From Candidatus Bipolaricaulia bacterium (GTDB lineage: Bacteria; Bipolaricaulota; Bipolaricaulia; RBG-16-55-9), in assembly GCA_042219045.1 (NCBI GenBank), contig JBDGQO010000049.1, positions 24,080-88,079 on the forward strand: a stretch of DNA of 64,000 nucleotides. The letters are read 5' to 3'. Positions 61,140-64,000 of the stretch are shown piece after piece. A model generated the notes under the pieces. That model was not told the origin of the DNA. It was given only the letters and a program-made list of their open reading frames with translations, and did not search any database. Within the stretch, counting starts at the first letter, position 1; each line of letters opens with the position of its first letter. The translations under genes were made by a program, and so were the position numbers.

Positions 61140-61231
61140 GGACGCGTCTCCCTCGGGTTCAGGGCAACGCCAGCGGAAGGGATGACGTTTCGAGTCCGGT
61201 AGCTGAGACTGGCAAACGAGGATGGCATCAT

Positions 61232-61326
61232 GGAGATTCCTCCGCCGGTATTACCCGGGTCAGGTTCGTCGGGTCGATCCCGAATCCAGGGATCCTCTCA
61301 GCCCGCTTCCGCGAGCTCCCCGCATG
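61232..61326 (-). ncRNA. TPP riboswitch
   Basis: Minus strand GGGGAGC...GCTGAGAG...GACCC..GAACCTGA.CCGGGTAATACCGGCGGAGGAA upstream of the thi operon. Confidence 0.93.
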
Positions 61327-61464
61327 CTCCTTGTAGCGTAGCGTTCCCGGGCCGCAGATGCAAGCCGCAGCCCACTCCCTAGTTGCGACTGATTTGCATC
61401 ATTGCCGTCGCTCTCCGTTTTGTCGAAAATAAGACCTGTCACTCTGTAACAGAAAGGAGCCACC

Positions 61465-61617
61465 GTGACGGAGGACCTCAACCGAATGCCGCTCATCGGC
61501 GACCGTGTCATCCTGCCGCCGCCGAGCGATACCGAGACCGCCGAGGCCCGTCTCGCGGAGGACGGGGATCGCTGCTACGACTGGTGGTTCTGTCATCGGC
61601 AGCGTCACGCGACGTAG
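61465..61617 (+). pseudogene. Internally deleted archaeal-type peroxiredoxin remnant (50-aa ORF)
   Basis: AGAAAGGAG SD; translation MTEDLNRMPLIGDRVILPPPSDTETAEARLAEDGDRCYDWWFCHRQRHAT. Confidence 0.7.
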
Positions 61618-61672
61618 CAATTTGGAGATATTCACGAGTCCTGACCGTTAACATCGCAAGGAGGGATAGACG

Positions 61673-63061
61673 GTGGATTATCCTTGGTGGCACGTCCCCT
61701 CGCTCACCTCGCCCATGCTGATCGCCATCGTCGCCACGGTCCACGTGCTCGTGGCCCACTACGCCGTCGGCGGCGGGCTGTTCCTCTATTGGGAGGCCCG
61801 CTACGCCTACAAGCACGACCGCCGGGACTATCTCGGCTACCTCAAGTCGCATGCGTGGTTTTTCATCCTGTTGACCGTCGTCTTCGGGGCGATCACGGGC
61901 GTGGGCATCTGGTGGACGATCGGGCTGGCCTCGCCGCTCGCGACGGAGCAGCTCATCCACACGTTCGTGTTCGGCTGGGCGATCGAGTACGTCTTCTTCA
62001 TCCTGGAAATCGTTGCCGCGTTTCTGTTCTATTACTTCTGGGGCAAGCTGTCCCGCCGGACGCATCTGGCCATCGGCGGCGTCTACGCCTTTTCCGCCTG
62101 GATGAGCTTGGTGCTGATCACGGGCATCACCGCGTTCATGCTCAACCCGGGGGACTGGCCCGCCAACCGGGGGTTCTGGAACGGCTTCTTCAATCCGCAG
62201 TTCCTGCCGCAGGTGCTGGCGCGCACGGGCGGGGCGCTGTTGCTGGCCTCGCTCTACGTCTATCTGCATGCGGCGTTCCGCGCGACGGGTGAGCTGCGCG
62301 GCCTGCTGGCTCGACGCTCCACCCGGCCCGCCTTGCTGGGGGCGGCGCTGATCGTCCTGGGCGGGATCGGCTGGTATCTCTATCTGCCGGAGTCCGCCGC
62401 GGCGGCGTTGGAAGCGGCCAGCGCGCTCAACCTGATGACGCTCGTCATCTTTGCGCTGACGGTCGTCGTCTTCTTCACGCTCTATCTCGGCCCCTATCGG
62501 CACCCGAGCTGGCTCAGCCCCGGCTTCGCCATTCTGTTGTTCGCGGCGGGGCTTGCCGCGTTTGCGAGCGGGGAATTCATCCGCGAAGCCGTCCGCAAGC
62601 CCTACGTCGTCTACAACGTCGTCTTCAGCAACAACATCTATCCCGAGGAGGTCCCGGAGCTCCGCGAGAAGGGCTACCTGGAGGGCGGCACCTGGACCAA
62701 CGCCTGGGTGCGCGACAACTATCCATCGGCTGTCAACGGAGATGGGGCGAACGCCACGATCGACGAAAGCGCCTTGACCGCCTTTCCCGCTCCGGATCGG
62801 CAGAACATTGGAAAAGTTCTCTTCCAGTACCACTGCAGCATGTGCCATGCCGCCGAACAGGGCCTGTCGGCCACGGCCCACCTGATGCGCGGATGGGACC
62901 GAGAGATGATCCAGTCGCTGGTGGAGAAGCCGAACCAGTTCCACTTCTTCATGCCGCCCTGGGCCGGCACGGACGAGGAAGCCGAGCTGTTGACCGACTA
63001 TCTGGAGTCGATCGCGCCGCCGACGCCAGGCGGCATGCGCCGGGCTAGCGAGGGCGAGTGA
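61673..63061 (+). CDS. Cytochrome bd subunit I-like protein with fused cytochrome c
   Basis: HVLVAHYAVGGG, GAITGVGIW, WAIEY.FF..E, EFIREAVRKPY, C-terminal CSMCH...MPP. Confidence 0.85.
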   Translation: MDYPWWHVPSLTSPMLIAIVATVHVLVAHYAVGGGLFLYWEARYAYKHDRRDYLGYLKSHAWFFILLTVVFGAITGVGIWWTIGLASPLATEQLIHTFVFGWAIEYVFFILEIVAAFLFYYFWGKLSRRTHLAIGGVYAFSAWMSLVLITGITAFMLNPGDWPANRGFWNGFFNPQFLPQVLARTGGALLLASLYVYLHAAFRATGELRGLLARRSTRPALLGAALIVLGGIGWYLYLPESAAAALEAASALNLMTLVIFALTVVVFFTLYLGPYRHPSWLSPGFAILLFAAGLAAFASGEFIREAVRKPYVVYNVVFSNNIYPEEVPELREKGYLEGGTWTNAWVRDNYPSAVNGDGANATIDESALTAFPAPDRQNIGKVLFQYHCSMCHAAEQGLSATAHLMRGWDREMIQSLVEKPNQFHFFMPPWAGTDEEAELLTDYLESIAPPTPGGMRRASEGE

Positions 63062-63167
63062 GCGAAAGGAGCTAATCTATGACTCCCTGCGTATGTGAAT
63101 GCCCCGCACGGTTGCTCTGCGCGTTGACCGACGATATGGCTTCTGAATCGCGAGAGGTGCTCGCACC

Positions 63168-64000
63168 ATGGATCCGCAGTCGCTAATCGGGCCCGAAAGC
63201 CCGCTTGGATACCCCGCCCCGTACTGGCTGATGATCACGTTGAAGGTGCTCGGATTCACGCTGCACGCCACGACAATGGGGCTGTGGTACGCCGGCATCC
63301 CCGTGGCGCTGTTGGCCCGATGGCGAGGCGGCCAGGCCCAATTGCTGTCACGCCGCCTCATGACCCCCATGCCGCTCATCATCGCGCTCGGGGTCAACTT
63401 CGGCATCGTGCCCCTGCTGTTTTTGCAAGTGATGTATTATCAGGCGTTCTATCCGGCGACGATCCTCATGGCCTGGCCGTGGTTCCTGGTCATCGCGTTG
63501 CTGACGCTGGCCTACTACGGGGTCTACATCTACGTCGTCGGCCTGCGACGCGACGCCCTCACCAAGCCACGGGCCGCTGCGGGCTGGCTGGCCATGCTCG
63601 CGTTCCTCGTCATCGGGTTTCTGTTCGCCAACGCCATGAGCCTCATGGCCAACGTCGAGGCCTGGCCCGAGCTCTGGCGATCCACGAGCGAGGCGGGGGC
63701 AGCGATGGGCACCGCGCTCAACACGGGCGACGCCACGCTCTGGCCGCGTTGGCTCATGACCTTCGGGCTGGCGCTGACCACCGTCGGCGCCTACATCGCT
63801 TTCGATGCGGCGTTCTTGGCCCGTCGCGAGTCGACCGAGTACCGCGCGTGGGCCGGGCGGTCAGCTGGTGTCGTCTACACCGTGGGTCTGGCCGGGTTCG
63901 GCGTGACGGGGCTCTGGTACACGCTCGGCACCTGGCCCGAGGCCGTCAAAGACGCCATGTTCAGTGGGCCCCTGCTCGTGTTGACCCTCGTCACCGCCGT
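63168..64000 (+). CDS. Partner membrane subunit (CydA'-like) of the bd-type oxidase, runs off the window
   Basis: Open frame MDPQSLIGPESPLGYPAP...FTLH...GVNFGIVPLLFLQVMY; absent from the ORF track because its stop lies outside the window. Confidence 0.8.
   Translation, partial: MDPQSLIGPESPLGYPAPYWLMITLKVLGFTLHATTMGLWYAGIPVALLARWRGGQAQLLSRRLMTPMPLIIALGVNFGIVPLLFLQVMYYQAFYPATILMAWPWFLVIALLTLAYYGVYIYVVGLRRDALTKPRAAAGWLAMLAFLVIGFLFANAMSLMANVEAWPELWRSTSEAGAAMGTALNTGDATLWPRWLMTFGLALTTVGAYIAFDAAFLARRESTEYRAWAGRSAGVVYTVGLAGFGVTGLWYTLGTWPEAVKDAMFSGPLLVLTLVTA

Noticed and set aside
61150..61215. Second TPP-like fragments (GCCAGCGGAAGGGA, CTGAGA)
   Set aside because: Wrong strand and wrong order for a tandem aptamer
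1..64000. CRISPR array, prophage or autonomous transposase
   Set aside because: No regularly spaced repeats and no phage or transposase ORFs recognised

Overview
A GC-rich bacterial chromosomal segment whose predicted soluble proteins are strongly Asp/Glu-rich, suggesting a salt-in halophile; Candidatus Bipolaricaulota/Acetothermia is a tentative guess. Housekeeping genes: tdh, gyrA, tyrS, proS, glmS, family-4 UDG, a Lon-like protease, ndh and tRNA-Gly(CCC). Larger loci: a metal-homeostasis island (Zur/Fur, ZnuABC-type ABC transporter, a His-rich secreted leader ORF, a P19-like protein, a Tat-exported Dyp-like protein, a putative Mn transporter); a CoxMNOP-type caa3-like cytochrome c oxidase operon; a TPP-riboswitch operon (AIR-synthase-like gene plus thiBPQ); and the start of a cytochrome-c-fused bd-type oxidase pair. 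The most notable unannotated signals are: (1) a possibly leader-peptide-controlled Cu/Fe uptake module whose Dyp-like protein lacks the catalytic Asp; (2) three copies of a ~93-bp TA-flanked MITE-like element, two of them bracketing that module in inverted orientation; (3) a Pro-rich (PPPP) candidate leader peptide directly upstream of proS; (4) a 50-aa ORF that looks like an archaeal-type peroxiredoxin collapsed between two LIGD motifs. All calls come from reading the sequence; no database searches were run.
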